Positions 48,690 to 58,382 of a stretch of DNA of 64,000 bases are shown in pieces; the stretch's first letter is position 1, and each line of letters begins with the position of its first letter. The notes under the pieces were generated by a model. The model was given only the letters and a program-made list of their open reading frames with translations. It did not search any database and had not been told where the DNA came from. The position numbers and the translations under genes were made by a program. Origin of the DNA: Limisphaerales bacterium (GTDB lineage: Bacteria; Verrucomicrobiota; Verrucomicrobiia; Limisphaerales; JAJOIW01). The stretch lies in the NCBI GenBank assembly GCA_965657355.1, contig CBFHOE010000005.1, positions 32,001 through 96,000 of the forward strand, read 5' to 3'.

Positions 48690-50311
48690 TTATTCGGCCC
48701 GTCTCCTGCTTTTTGGTAGCTCTCAACCACCCAACTGCTCAGCACTTTTTCTGGATTCCCCACTTCGCCAAGTCCCATCTCAAAAACTTTTTTGCCTGTG
48801 TTTTTGTGGACCAACTGGAGTCCAAACTGGAAGTCGCGAAACTTTTCATCACAAAGCTGAGTTGCGGTGAGTTGCTGAACTTTTGCCTGATTGATGAGGA
48901 ACGAGCTGGCCTCGTCGGTGAGCTTTAGTTCGAGACCGTATTTTGTTGAGAATTCTTGAAAATAATTCTGGATCTCAGCCATTTGCCGAGAGTCCATCTC
49001 AGATTTGACCGATTTTAATAACTCATCGAGTTTTTCTGATGGATTTTCAACGAGATGTGTGTCGACTTCTAAATGTTTAATCGAGGTCGATGGAAGTTCG
49101 TATTTGAATCCACGAAAAACCTTCTCGCAAATAGTCATTAATCCCCTGGCCCCTGTCTTTTCTTCAGCCGCATATTCCGCGATGCGCTTGAGGGCGTCGT
49201 CGTGAAATTGCGCATCAATGCCATAAGAGCTAAATGATTCTTTATATTGTTGAAGGATAGATCCTGCTGAATATTTGAGGATTTGAAATAAGTCTGTCGG
49301 ACTAAGCTGATGGCAAACGACTCGGGCTGGCAGTCGCCCTGTAAATTCGGGCTCGAAGCCATATTTAATCAAATCCTGAGTATTGACGAAACGCAGCGTT
49401 TTGTATTCCTCATCGGTATCTTCAATTTCGGCAGCAGGAGCACCAAAACCAATACTTCCCTGAGACATTCTCTTGGAAATGATTCTCATAAGCCCCTCAA
49501 AAGCTCCGCTTACTACAAATAAAATATGTCTAGTATTTATGGTATTTCGATTTTTTTTCCCCCCCGACTTACCCGGCCCCGAGAGATTGACAAGCATTTG
49601 AAATTGTCCTGATATGTCATTTGGAGACCGGGCTGAGACCTCAGTTTCTTCCATTAATTTGAGAAGGTTGGTCTGCACGCCGCGACCGCTAACATCTCTT
49701 CCACTGCTGTCTCCAGCACCAGCAATTTTATCGATCTCATCGATATAAATAATACCATACTGGGCCTTTTCCACGTCACCGTCTGCTTGTCTGAGTAAAT
49801 CTCTTACGAGGTCATCTACATCTGCTCCTACGTATCCTGTTTCAGAAAATTTTGTAGCATCAGCTTTCACAAAAGGAACACCGATCAAATCTGCTAGACT
49901 CCTGATGAGGTAGGTTTTCCCAACACCTGTTGGCCCCAAAAGTAGGATATTTTGTTTGGTATAATTCTTCGATACTTTGTCGGGATCCTCACCGTCCTTT
50001 TCGGCTTTTATGACCTTGTGAACTTGATTGTAATGATCACATAACGCAACAGACAAAGCCATTTTGGCTTCATCCTGTCTTATAACAAATTTATCCAAGT
50101 GATCTTTGACGTCTCTGGGTTGAAGAGAAAAATTTAATTCCTCTTCGAGATCATGCTCTTCCTCCTCAGGTTGAGGAGGATCATTGGTAAAACCAGCTTG
50201 GTTTGGAGTATTTCCAGGTGTTCCAGCACCCGGAGGAAATGGAAAAGATCCGGAGGAACCGAATTTTTTCATCATTTCTTGAAGTTGTTTTTGAAATTCT
50301 TCTGGAGTCAT
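48671..50311 (-). CDS. ClpX-like AAA+ ATPase lacking the zinc-binding domain
   Basis: Motifs GPTGVGKT, IYIDEIDKI, RDVSGRGVQ, IGF loop (SIGFG) and GARGL; no N-terminal C4 motif. Confidence 0.88.
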   Translation of the reverse strand: MTPEEFQKQLQEMMKKFGSSGSFPFPPGAGTPGNTPNQAGFTNDPPQPEEEEHDLEEELNFSLQPRDVKDHLDKFVIRQDEAKMALSVALCDHYNQVHKVIKAEKDGEDPDKVSKNYTKQNILLLGPTGVGKTYLIRSLADLIGVPFVKADATKFSETGYVGADVDDLVRDLLRQADGDVEKAQYGIIYIDEIDKIAGAGDSSGRDVSGRGVQTNLLKLMEETEVSARSPNDISGQFQMLVNLSGPGKSGGKKNRNTINTRHILFVVSGAFEGLMRIISKRMSQGSIGFGAPAAEIEDTDEEYKTLRFVNTQDLIKYGFEPEFTGRLPARVVCHQLSPTDLFQILKYSAGSILQQYKESFSSYGIDAQFHDDALKRIAEYAAEEKTGARGLMTICEKVFRGFKYELPSTSIKHLEVDTHLVENPSEKLDELLKSVKSEMDSRQMAEIQNYFQEFSTKYGLELKLTDEASSFLINQAKVQQLTATQLCDEKFRDFQFGLQLVHKNTGKKVFEMGLGEVGNPEKVLSSWVVESYQKAGDGPNNQQSSD

Positions 50312-50437
50312 ATTTCTTTAATCTTCACGACCGGTGTCACGTCAGGTAAGTTCATGGATATTACCTAAAAATAAAATTATAATTTTCCCTGGAATTCGTA
50401 ATCCTCCATTTTCAGGGATTGAATTCAGTCTAAGATC

Positions 50438-52138
50438 ATGAGCGATCAAAATACAACTATCGAATCGAATCGGCAGGCCATTGTTGAGTCCAAACAAAAG
50501 GGCACTATAGCAACATTATTGACGTATACCAAACTTTCTGGGCCGGGGTGGCTGCAGAGTGCTATCACACTTGGAGGCGGATCCTTGTCTGGAGCCCTTT
50601 ACCTCGGTGTCATTGCTGGTTTCTCTCTACTTTGGGTGCAAGCCCTAGCTATGATATTGGGGATTGTTATGCTCTCGGCGATTTCGTGGTTCACGCTTTC
50701 CACAGGAAAAAGGCCTTTTAGAGCAATAAATGATCATATCAACCCTGTTTTAGGTTGGAGTTGGGCAGTAGCAACACTGATGGCCAACGTGGTCTGGTGC
50801 ATGCCACAATTTGCTCTTTCTACGGCAGCCATCTCTCAAAACCTCATGCCATCTCTATCGGCCGAAGGAGGCCCAACAGATGCTACAAAAGCAGTCATTG
50901 TATTGGTCATTTTTGTAATATGTGGAAGTATCATCTTTTTTTACGATAAAGGATCCAAAGGAGTACAAGTATTCGAAATTATCCTCAAAATAATGGTTGG
51001 AATCGTCGTTTTGAGTTTTTTCGGAACCGTGGTTAAGATGGCAACATCAGACCAGGGCCTCGATTGGAGTAGTATATGGGGAGGATTCATACCGAATTTC
51101 AACTATTTCACTCAGCCATCCCCGACATTTGCTCCATTTTTGGAAGCTACGGGTGATTTCAGCCAATTTTGGAACGATAAAATAGTTAAAAGCCAAAGAG
51201 ATATCATGATTACCGCAGCAGCAACTGCAGTGGGAATCAATATGACCTTCCTCCTCCCCTATTCAATGCTCAAAAAAGGGTGGAGTAAAGAGTTTCGCGG
51301 TCTGGCAGTATTCGATTTATCCACCGGGCTATTTATACCATACATCGTCGCAACGACTTGCGTCGTCATTTGCTCAGCCAGCCAGTTCCACGGCAATGTA
51401 AGAAGCGATATGGTCGAAAATTTTGGGAACAAAACTTACATGGGAATATTGGAGTCTAGAATATTACAAGAGGACCCCGAGGCTTTAAATGACAAGAACG
51501 GCCAAAAACTAATTGGAACAGGACTGGCTGAAAAGCGCCTTGAATTGGCCAAATCGCTGCCTATGGCTGATTTGGAAATGGGAGCGCTTCTAGTGAAAAG
51601 AGATGCCAACAACTTGGCTATCGCCCTTTCGCCGCTAACCGGAGAAGCTTTTGCCAATAAAATATTCGGAATTGGGGTTCTGGGAATGGGGGTTTCTACC
51701 ATCATTATCTTGATGCTCATCAATGGTTTCACCATTTGTGAGATGTTAAATATAAAACCAGAAGGCAAACCCCATTTATTTGGAGCCTTATTAGTTGGAC
51801 TAGTAGGCATGAGCGGACCGTTTATTTGGTCGAAAGCGAGCACAGAGCTTGCCATTCCAACCTCAACATTTGGCTTTGTCCTCCTTCCTGTGGCATTTAT
51901 AACCTTCGCACTACTTGTTAATCACAAAGGGCTGATGGGCAATAACAGGCCTAAAGGGGCTGCAAGACTGGTTTGGAACATCCTCATGGGAATCGCTGTT
52001 GCCTATGCTACCTTGGGATCCGTCTTTAAAATTTGGGATCAAACCAAATGGAATGGAATTTTATTTGTAATTTTGCTTGTCATAGCAGGAATCATCGTGC
52101 ATAAAGTTAAACCACCTAAAAGGGTGGATCAGGATTAA
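50438..52138 (+). CDS. NRAMP-related transporter
   Basis: Motifs GPGWLQSAITLGGGS and TAVGINMTF; about 11-12 transmembrane segments. Confidence 0.7.
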   Translation: MSDQNTTIESNRQAIVESKQKGTIATLLTYTKLSGPGWLQSAITLGGGSLSGALYLGVIAGFSLLWVQALAMILGIVMLSAISWFTLSTGKRPFRAINDHINPVLGWSWAVATLMANVVWCMPQFALSTAAISQNLMPSLSAEGGPTDATKAVIVLVIFVICGSIIFFYDKGSKGVQVFEIILKIMVGIVVLSFFGTVVKMATSDQGLDWSSIWGGFIPNFNYFTQPSPTFAPFLEATGDFSQFWNDKIVKSQRDIMITAAATAVGINMTFLLPYSMLKKGWSKEFRGLAVFDLSTGLFIPYIVATTCVVICSASQFHGNVRSDMVENFGNKTYMGILESRILQEDPEALNDKNGQKLIGTGLAEKRLELAKSLPMADLEMGALLVKRDANNLAIALSPLTGEAFANKIFGIGVLGMGVSTIIILMLINGFTICEMLNIKPEGKPHLFGALLVGLVGMSGPFIWSKASTELAIPTSTFGFVLLPVAFITFALLVNHKGLMGNNRPKGAARLVWNILMGIAVAYATLGSVFKIWDQTKWNGILFVILLVIAGIIVHKVKPPKRVDQD

Positions 52139-52177
52139 AAAGTTTTCAGACGTGATGATTTGGTATCAACATGTTTG

Positions 52178-52207
52178 TTGACAATACTATTGAGATAGTT
52201 CTACTTT
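52178..52207 (+). promoter_or_regulatory. Sigma70-like promoter for the PEP-CTERM gene
   Basis: TTGACA-N18-TACTTT, about 32 bp upstream of ATG 52240. Confidence 0.45.
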
Positions 52208-52239
52208 ATAAGAGTTAGGGAGAAAGATAGGATTTTTAT

Positions 52240-52953
52240 ATGAATAAACTAACAAACTCAGCAACTAAGCTTGGCCTCACAGCGGCAATTGCCGTGCTGG
52301 CCTCCGTCAACGGTTTCGGGCAGTTTACCGATATCGCATTGTATTCCAATGTTTCAAATTCCTCTGGAGCTGTTTACAACGTCGACAATGGCGTTGAAGT
52401 AGGTGATCAGATAGGACTTGACGCTCAAGGAAAAGCTCTAGGTTATAACATCAAGGGTTTCAGTTTTGAAACTTTTGGTTCAGGTCTTGGCGCAGCCGGC
52501 TCTTCTGATGCAAAAGCTCAGCTAAGATTCTACTCAGCAGGTTCATCGGCTGGAACAGATGTTCAATCTCTTGAGCTCATCACAGCAGCCTTCGAAGTTG
52601 CAGATGGATATCAAACACACAGCATCGCAATCCCTGAAGATGGGGGTTCAAACTACGCAGTTGGTGCAGAAGGTTCATTCTTCTGGACAGTTGAATTTTC
52701 AAACATTCCTGGTGGAGCCTCTGCTGGTCTCACACTCTCAGATCCTCCTACAGTCGGTTCGAGCTTTAACGACTACCTAGAAAACGCAAACCCAGGTAAC
52801 GTAAACACAGTTGAATTCAAACAATTCACTGATGGCTCTGCTGCAAACTTCTCAGCTGTCGCTTTAGGCGATCTCACAGTTCCTGAACCAACAGTTTTAT
52901 CATTAGGCGTTGTTGGTGGAATTGCATTCTTGAGAATGCGTCGCAGAAAGTAA
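52240..52953 (+). CDS. PEP-CTERM (exosortase-targeted) surface protein
   Basis: Signal peptide; C-terminal VPEP, hydrophobic helix and RMRRRK. Confidence 0.92.
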   Translation: MNKLTNSATKLGLTAAIAVLASVNGFGQFTDIALYSNVSNSSGAVYNVDNGVEVGDQIGLDAQGKALGYNIKGFSFETFGSGLGAAGSSDAKAQLRFYSAGSSAGTDVQSLELITAAFEVADGYQTHSIAIPEDGGSNYAVGAEGSFFWTVEFSNIPGGASAGLTLSDPPTVGSSFNDYLENANPGNVNTVEFKQFTDGSAANFSAVALGDLTVPEPTVLSLGVVGGIAFLRMRRRK

Positions 52954-52977
52954 TTGTAGTCTAATTTATTTCTCCCG

Positions 52978-53006
52978 GGGACGTACGTCAGTGCGTCCCT
53001 TTTTTT
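52978..53006 (+). terminator. Rho-independent terminator after the PEP-CTERM gene
   Basis: GGGACGTAC-GTCA-GTGCGTCCC followed by TTTTTTT. Confidence 0.75.
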
Positions 53007-53012
53007 GTCGTA

Positions 53013-54173
53013 ATGAATCTAGAAGATCGGTTACGAAAGCTTCTGGTAGAATGGTCTGCCCAAGGTCTCACAAGGGAGATCGATTGGGTAAAATCAAGAC
53101 TTGATAAACCAGGCCATAAATCTTCATATGATTTTTCTTCAAATGATTACCTGGGCTTGGCGCAAGACTCATCAGTCCGCTTAGCCATTGAGAGAGGTTT
53201 ATCGGAATTTGGAAATGGAGCGACTTCATCCCGGTTAATAGCAGGATCTCATTCGGTATTCAAAAATCTCGAATATCAATTAGCGGAATGGAAGCAAAAA
53301 GAATCGGCACTTTACTTGAGCAGTGGCTACCAGACCAATATCTCTCTTTTATCTACGATTGCAGGCCCAAATGACCACATTCTTTTCGATAGGCTGGCAC
53401 ACGCGAGTTTAATCGATGGAATCAAGCTATCTGGGGCAAAAAGCAGATCTTTTAGACACAACGATTTAAACGATCTTGCTAAAAAACTGGATAAGATTTC
53501 TCAAAAAAAATCCAGCGAAAGCCTCACTTTCGTGGTTACAGAGGGAATATTCTCGATGGATGGTGATTTTGGACGACTGAAAGAAATTGCAGAACTCAAA
53601 GAAAGCTTTCCATTCAATCTTATCGTCGATGAGGCTCATGGAATTGGGGTCGTAGGCGAATGCGGAAGAGGCTTGTCATCTCAACAAGGAATCGATCAAG
53701 AGGTCGACATAATGATGGGGACTTGTGGAAAAGCGCTTGGTATATCTGGCGGATTCATTTGTGGTTCAAAATTATTGATAAAATGGCTTCAGCAAAAGTG
53801 CAGAGGCTGGGTCTATTCAACAGCACCTCCGCCATTTATCGTTTCTGGCTTGTTAGAAGCTATCGATATCGTAAAGAGTAGCAAGGGAGATGAACTCAGG
53901 AATCGTCTCAGAGAGAATATTTCCTTTGCAAACAGGGCATTTTTTGGAAGCGAGTCGAAAAATAAAAGCCTCTCACCAATAATCCCTTATATTATTGGCG
54001 ATAACTTGAAAGTCCTACAAATCCAGAAAAAACTAAAAAAAGATGGCTATAACGTCGGTGCCATACGTTATCCTTCGGTCGCAAAAAACACCTCTAGACT
54101 CAGAATCACTATTAACGCCAACCACTCGCACTCTTCCATTAATAATCTTGCCGAACTACTTCGATCCATATGA
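53013..54173 (+). CDS. bioF: 8-amino-7-oxononanoate synthase
   Basis: Motifs FSSNDYLGL, HASLIDG, EGIFSMDGD, DEAHG and GTCGKALG; coupled to bioA by an ATGA overlap. Confidence 0.9.
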   Translation: MNLEDRLRKLLVEWSAQGLTREIDWVKSRLDKPGHKSSYDFSSNDYLGLAQDSSVRLAIERGLSEFGNGATSSRLIAGSHSVFKNLEYQLAEWKQKESALYLSSGYQTNISLLSTIAGPNDHILFDRLAHASLIDGIKLSGAKSRSFRHNDLNDLAKKLDKISQKKSSESLTFVVTEGIFSMDGDFGRLKEIAELKESFPFNLIVDEAHGIGVVGECGRGLSSQQGIDQEVDIMMGTCGKALGISGGFICGSKLLIKWLQQKCRGWVYSTAPPPFIVSGLLEAIDIVKSSKGDELRNRLRENISFANRAFFGSESKNKSLSPIIPYIIGDNLKVLQIQKKLKKDGYNVGAIRYPSVAKNTSRLRITINANHSHSSINNLAELLRSI

Positions 54174-55609
54174 GCATATTTCCTGAGGATAATTCAAAAT
54201 CACAAGAATTACGCTCCCATTACGTCTCATTAGACCGGGCCTATTCATGGCACCCTTTTACTCAAATGCGTGACTGGTTAAAGGAGGACCCTGTTATGAT
54301 AGAGAAAGGAAAAGGTGCCTATTTGTGGGATTTTAATGGGCAAAAATATTTAGATGCCAATTCGTCCATTTGGACAAATCTTCACGGCCATAATCATCCA
54401 AGATTGAATCATGCTATCAAGACTCAGTTGGACAGTTTTGCGCACACCTCCTATTTAGGTCTTGGCCACGGTCCAGGATCCCAACTAGCCAGCGACCTTG
54501 TTGATTCATGCTCTTCCTCGAGCTCCTCTCAGAAACTAAATAAAGTTTTTTTTAGTGATGATGGTAGCACGGCAATTGAGACGGCTCTCAAAATTTCGCA
54601 TACAAGTGCGCAGCGGCTCAAAGGCATTGAAAATCCCAAATTTCTAAGCTTGAGCAATAGTTATCACGGAGATTCAGTTGGGGCCGTTAGTCTGAGCCAA
54701 ATAGAAAGTTTTCATAAAAATTTTCGATCCTTAGTGTTTCCTGTTGATAAAGTCATGAATCCCTATTGTTATCGGTGCCCGTTCAATAAAGCATCATATG
54801 AACCAGGTGTCCCGGCCCATGTTTCCAGAAAATGCAATTGGGAGTGCATTGATGAAATCGAGAAAAAATTTAAATCAAAAAAAAAATCGGGTGATTCTTC
54901 TTATGCAGCAATGATAATAGAGCCTGGGATTCAAGGAGTTGCAGGCATGGTGGTTCAGCCAGAGGGATGGTTGGAAAAAGCTACTACTATTTCTCGAGAT
55001 AATGGAAGTTGGATGATTTATGATGAAGTCATGACTGGCTTCGGACGCACGGGCCCAACTTATGCTTATCAAATTGATGATTTGCCACCAGATATTCTTT
55101 GCTTAGCAAAAGGGATCACTGGAGGTTACTTACCGCTTGCGGCAACTATCACGAATAATGAACATTTCTCTGCCTTCTTAGGTGATTATAGCGAATCTAA
55201 ATCTTTTTTTCATGGTCATAGCTACACAGCAAACCCTCTGGGGTGCGCTGCGGCCTTGGAGAATATATATCTTCTAAAAACTGAAAATGATCACCTAAAA
55301 AGAGAATCCCAAGCAAATTTACTGAAGAAAGCTCTTGAGCCTCTTTGGGATTTAGCAAATGTCGGAGATATTAGACAATTAGGGACAATCGCAGGTATTG
55401 AACTAGTCAAAAATAAGGAAACAAGACGTCCATTTGACTGGGGTGAAAGAGTTGGGGTTAGAGTATGTCAAAGAATGAAATCCCTCGGTGTTCTTACCAG
55501 GCCAATTGGAAATATTATTGTCGTTATGCCTCCATATTGTCTTGAGCCAAAAGATTATGATTTGATTTCCTCTGCTTTAATTGAATCGATTTCTATGGAG
55601 CTTTGTTGA
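54170..55609 (+). CDS. bioA: Adenosylmethionine-8-amino-7-oxononanoate aminotransferase
   Basis: Motifs WHPFTQM, YHGD, DEVMTGFGRTG, LAKGITGGYLPLA and HGHSYTANP. Confidence 0.93.
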   Translation: MSIFPEDNSKSQELRSHYVSLDRAYSWHPFTQMRDWLKEDPVMIEKGKGAYLWDFNGQKYLDANSSIWTNLHGHNHPRLNHAIKTQLDSFAHTSYLGLGHGPGSQLASDLVDSCSSSSSSQKLNKVFFSDDGSTAIETALKISHTSAQRLKGIENPKFLSLSNSYHGDSVGAVSLSQIESFHKNFRSLVFPVDKVMNPYCYRCPFNKASYEPGVPAHVSRKCNWECIDEIEKKFKSKKKSGDSSYAAMIIEPGIQGVAGMVVQPEGWLEKATTISRDNGSWMIYDEVMTGFGRTGPTYAYQIDDLPPDILCLAKGITGGYLPLAATITNNEHFSAFLGDYSESKSFFHGHSYTANPLGCAAALENIYLLKTENDHLKRESQANLLKKALEPLWDLANVGDIRQLGTIAGIELVKNKETRRPFDWGERVGVRVCQRMKSLGVLTRPIGNIIVVMPPYCLEPKDYDLISSALIESISMELC

Positions 55610-55611
55610 AA

Positions 55612-57189
55612 TCAACCGTCACTGGGAGCATTGCCAGTTTTTCTATACCTTCTCCAATTATTATGCTCTGGATCCTCGTGACTATCAGGCTTTTTGAGCC
55701 TCGAATGCAATCCGATAACGGCCCCACTAAAAAACCAAAAAATAATACCAAATTGAGTATTAAATGTTGGCTGGCTATACGCCTGAATGATCACAGATAA
55801 ATTTAGTGCAAGAACAATTGCATACCAAAATGTCCTTTCGTCTTTTACCGAGGTGAAAGACATACGTAAAATAGGAATTAACGCAAATAGGATAGCCATT
55901 GGATAGATGATCCACATCAAATATCCACCGTCGTATAACCAGCCCGTGAGTTGAATTTCGGCATGAAGCTTGGAGGATTTAATGTTTGTGTAATCATTAT
56001 TAAAACTTTCCGCCATGACGCCCCACCTACCTACACCCGCGCCTAAAGGGTATTCTCTTAAGTGTTCATCGAAGGTCCATGAATAAAAGCGGCCACGTTG
56101 ATTAGCTAAATCTTTGTAGTCTTGCTCCCCCCAGAGAAAGGAAAAGCGGTTCGAAATACTTTCACCGCCAGTGTTGACAGCCCAAATAACAGCGGTGGCA
56201 AATAAAAAAACCCCAATCCCAGAGATGAGCTGAAATTGAAGAAATCGTCTCTGGGCACAAATCGTGATAGCAAACAATATGGTGATCAGGACCAAAACTA
56301 TAAAAAGCGACCTGACCTGAGTGAGAAGCAACACGACTGGCCCGATACCTGCCCCAATTATAAAGAAAATTCTGGAGAAAAAAGATAGTCTTGGCCCAAA
56401 GGCCATGGCAAGGCCCAAAAAACCACAGAAAAGCCCCGAGTAAGAGGCGTAACCGGGAGTGTCACTCAGACCACAGGGGCGCAATATCTGACGCCCACCG
56501 GGTCCGGTGTAGGTCAAACGGTCCCTAATTTCAGGATCGACAGTTGTTAATGCCGGAGGGGAAAAAACTTCAGGATAATAAACTTGGAGTATACCTAAGA
56601 CGGCACTTACCAGGTTGGTGGCGAAAGTAAGGGTTAATAAACGAATAAGGTGCTGCCTATTTTGCACAACAAGCACAGCCCAAAACGCGGGAGCCACGAT
56701 CATGATTTGAAAAAAGATTTGTCCCAAACCTCCCTGAAAATGGCTATTGGGATGAAAAAGCAAACCAAGTAGCAGGACCATTAGCGATCCCAACAACCAA
56801 CCTTGCATTCCTAAAAAAGGGAATTTGGCTTTGTTGATTGAAAATCTATTTTGCTTGCTCGGGATGAGACTGATCTCGTCCATTTTCTTTGCCAATGCGG
56901 AGGTATCCATCTTCCACTTCATGGCTCGCTGTCTTTGCCAATGAAAAAGGTAATACAATAAGAGGAAGCCAGATATAAGATAGGGCAAAGCCCTGATGAT
57001 CGACCGAAATGGTTGCGTCCCTGGAATAAATAGAAGTCCGGTGGAAACATATTGAAGGATAATAAAAAACTCTGGCCAACCCCATCCGGGAGCCCGCCCA
57101 CCGTTTTGGCCATCCAAGCCTAACAGGTTAAATTGACTACTTTTTTGCCAAGGGAAGAATCGAATCCTTGATTTTTCTTTTCCGTCCAT
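55612..57189 (-). CDS. O-antigen ligase/polymerase-like membrane protein
   Basis: Many transmembrane segments; motifs LLTQVRS and PLGAGVGRWG plus an H-containing loop. Start uncertain (57189, or further upstream up to 57303). Confidence 0.6.
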   Translation of the reverse strand: MDGKEKSRIRFFPWQKSSQFNLLGLDGQNGGRAPGWGWPEFFIILQYVSTGLLFIPGTQPFRSIIRALPYLISGFLLLYYLFHWQRQRAMKWKMDTSALAKKMDEISLIPSKQNRFSINKAKFPFLGMQGWLLGSLMVLLLGLLFHPNSHFQGGLGQIFFQIMIVAPAFWAVLVVQNRQHLIRLLTLTFATNLVSAVLGILQVYYPEVFSPPALTTVDPEIRDRLTYTGPGGRQILRPCGLSDTPGYASYSGLFCGFLGLAMAFGPRLSFFSRIFFIIGAGIGPVVLLLTQVRSLFIVLVLITILFAITICAQRRFLQFQLISGIGVFLFATAVIWAVNTGGESISNRFSFLWGEQDYKDLANQRGRFYSWTFDEHLREYPLGAGVGRWGVMAESFNNDYTNIKSSKLHAEIQLTGWLYDGGYLMWIIYPMAILFALIPILRMSFTSVKDERTFWYAIVLALNLSVIIQAYSQPTFNTQFGIIFWFFSGAVIGLHSRLKKPDSHEDPEHNNWRRYRKTGNAPSDG

Positions 57190-57358
57190 ATCGAAATTTG
57201 AAGGATCCTGCAAAACAAATTCTACAAGCCAAGAACCTTGAGGAGTCATCATATCGGAAATTTTGAGAATCACCAAAATGAAACAGAAAATATGGCCTTC
57301 CAATTAGCCTTTTGTGGACAGGGCTCGACAGATGGTTGTATTGAAGTAGTTTTACAAT

Positions 57359-58210
57359 GTGAAAAGTAATAAATTAACACTGGGACATTCGCCAGACCCG
57401 GATGATGCATTTATGTTTTATGGATTAGCTAAAGGGCTAATTGACAGTAAACATTATGAATTTGAACATATCCTTCAAGACATTCAAAAGCTGAATGAAC
57501 GAGCGACTCAAGGTGAATTAGACATCTCAGCTGTAAGCGTTCATGCCTATGCTTACATCAGCGACAAGTATGCCTTATTGCCCAGTGGTGCCAGTATGGG
57601 AGATGGTTATGGCCCCAGGCTGGTAGGTAAAAAACAAATGAGCAAAGATGAAATCCGCGGCAGCAGAATAGCTGTTCCAGGGGTGATGACTAGTGCTTTT
57701 CTATCTCTTCAATTGTGGTTAGAAACAAAAGCCGATGACCTTGACTATGTCGTGGTGCCTTTCGATCAAATTTTTGATGCGGTTCATCAAGGAAACGCTG
57801 AGATAGGATTGATCATCCATGAAGGCCAACTGACTTTTGGCAACGAGGGATTTGTTTTGAGCCAAGACCTCGGTGTTTGGTGGGGAGAACAAAACGAAGG
57901 GCTACCGCTTCCTTTGGGAGCAAATGTTATCCATAAGCGGCACTCTCCAGGGGATCGAAAAGATATTTCTGACATATTGACAGAAAGCATCTCATACAGT
58001 TTGAACAATAGGAAAGAGGCCGTTGAATATGCCCTGCAATTTGCTCGAGACATGGAGATAGACTTAGCTGATGAATTCGTAGGGATGTATGTTAACGACT
58101 GGACGTTAGACTACGGAGAGAAAGGAAGAGAGTCCATCAGAAGATTTTTGAATCTGGCATACTCCCAAGGCATCATCCCTCATCGTCAAGATCTCGAGTT
58201 CGTTGAGTAA
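57359..58210 (+). CDS. mqnD: 1,4-dihydroxy-6-naphthoate synthase (MqnA/MqnD family, futalosine pathway)
   Basis: Motifs LGHSPDPDDAFMFY, GDGYGP, LIIHEGQLT, LPLPLG and GMYVN. Confidence 0.82.
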   Translation: MKSNKLTLGHSPDPDDAFMFYGLAKGLIDSKHYEFEHILQDIQKLNERATQGELDISAVSVHAYAYISDKYALLPSGASMGDGYGPRLVGKKQMSKDEIRGSRIAVPGVMTSAFLSLQLWLETKADDLDYVVVPFDQIFDAVHQGNAEIGLIIHEGQLTFGNEGFVLSQDLGVWWGEQNEGLPLPLGANVIHKRHSPGDRKDISDILTESISYSLNNRKEAVEYALQFARDMEIDLADEFVGMYVNDWTLDYGEKGRESIRRFLNLAYSQGIIPHRQDLEFVE

Positions 58211-58316
58211 GAAAAACAGAGCATTTGATCCAACAAGAAAGGATTAGTTCTGCGTTTGGAAAAAATTTTGGAGCGCTAGGGCTGCCATACTTGTGGGCAA
58301 TCATATTTTTGGTTTT

Positions 58317-58350
58317 GCAAAAGCAACTTTCTCAAGGAGTTGCTTTTTTG
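58317..58350 (+). terminator. Probable terminator after mqnD
   Basis: AAAAGCAACTT-TCTCAA-GGAGTTGCTTTTTT. Confidence 0.55.
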
Positions 58351-58382
58351 TGTTTAAATGAAGAGAATTCACAACTAAAAGC

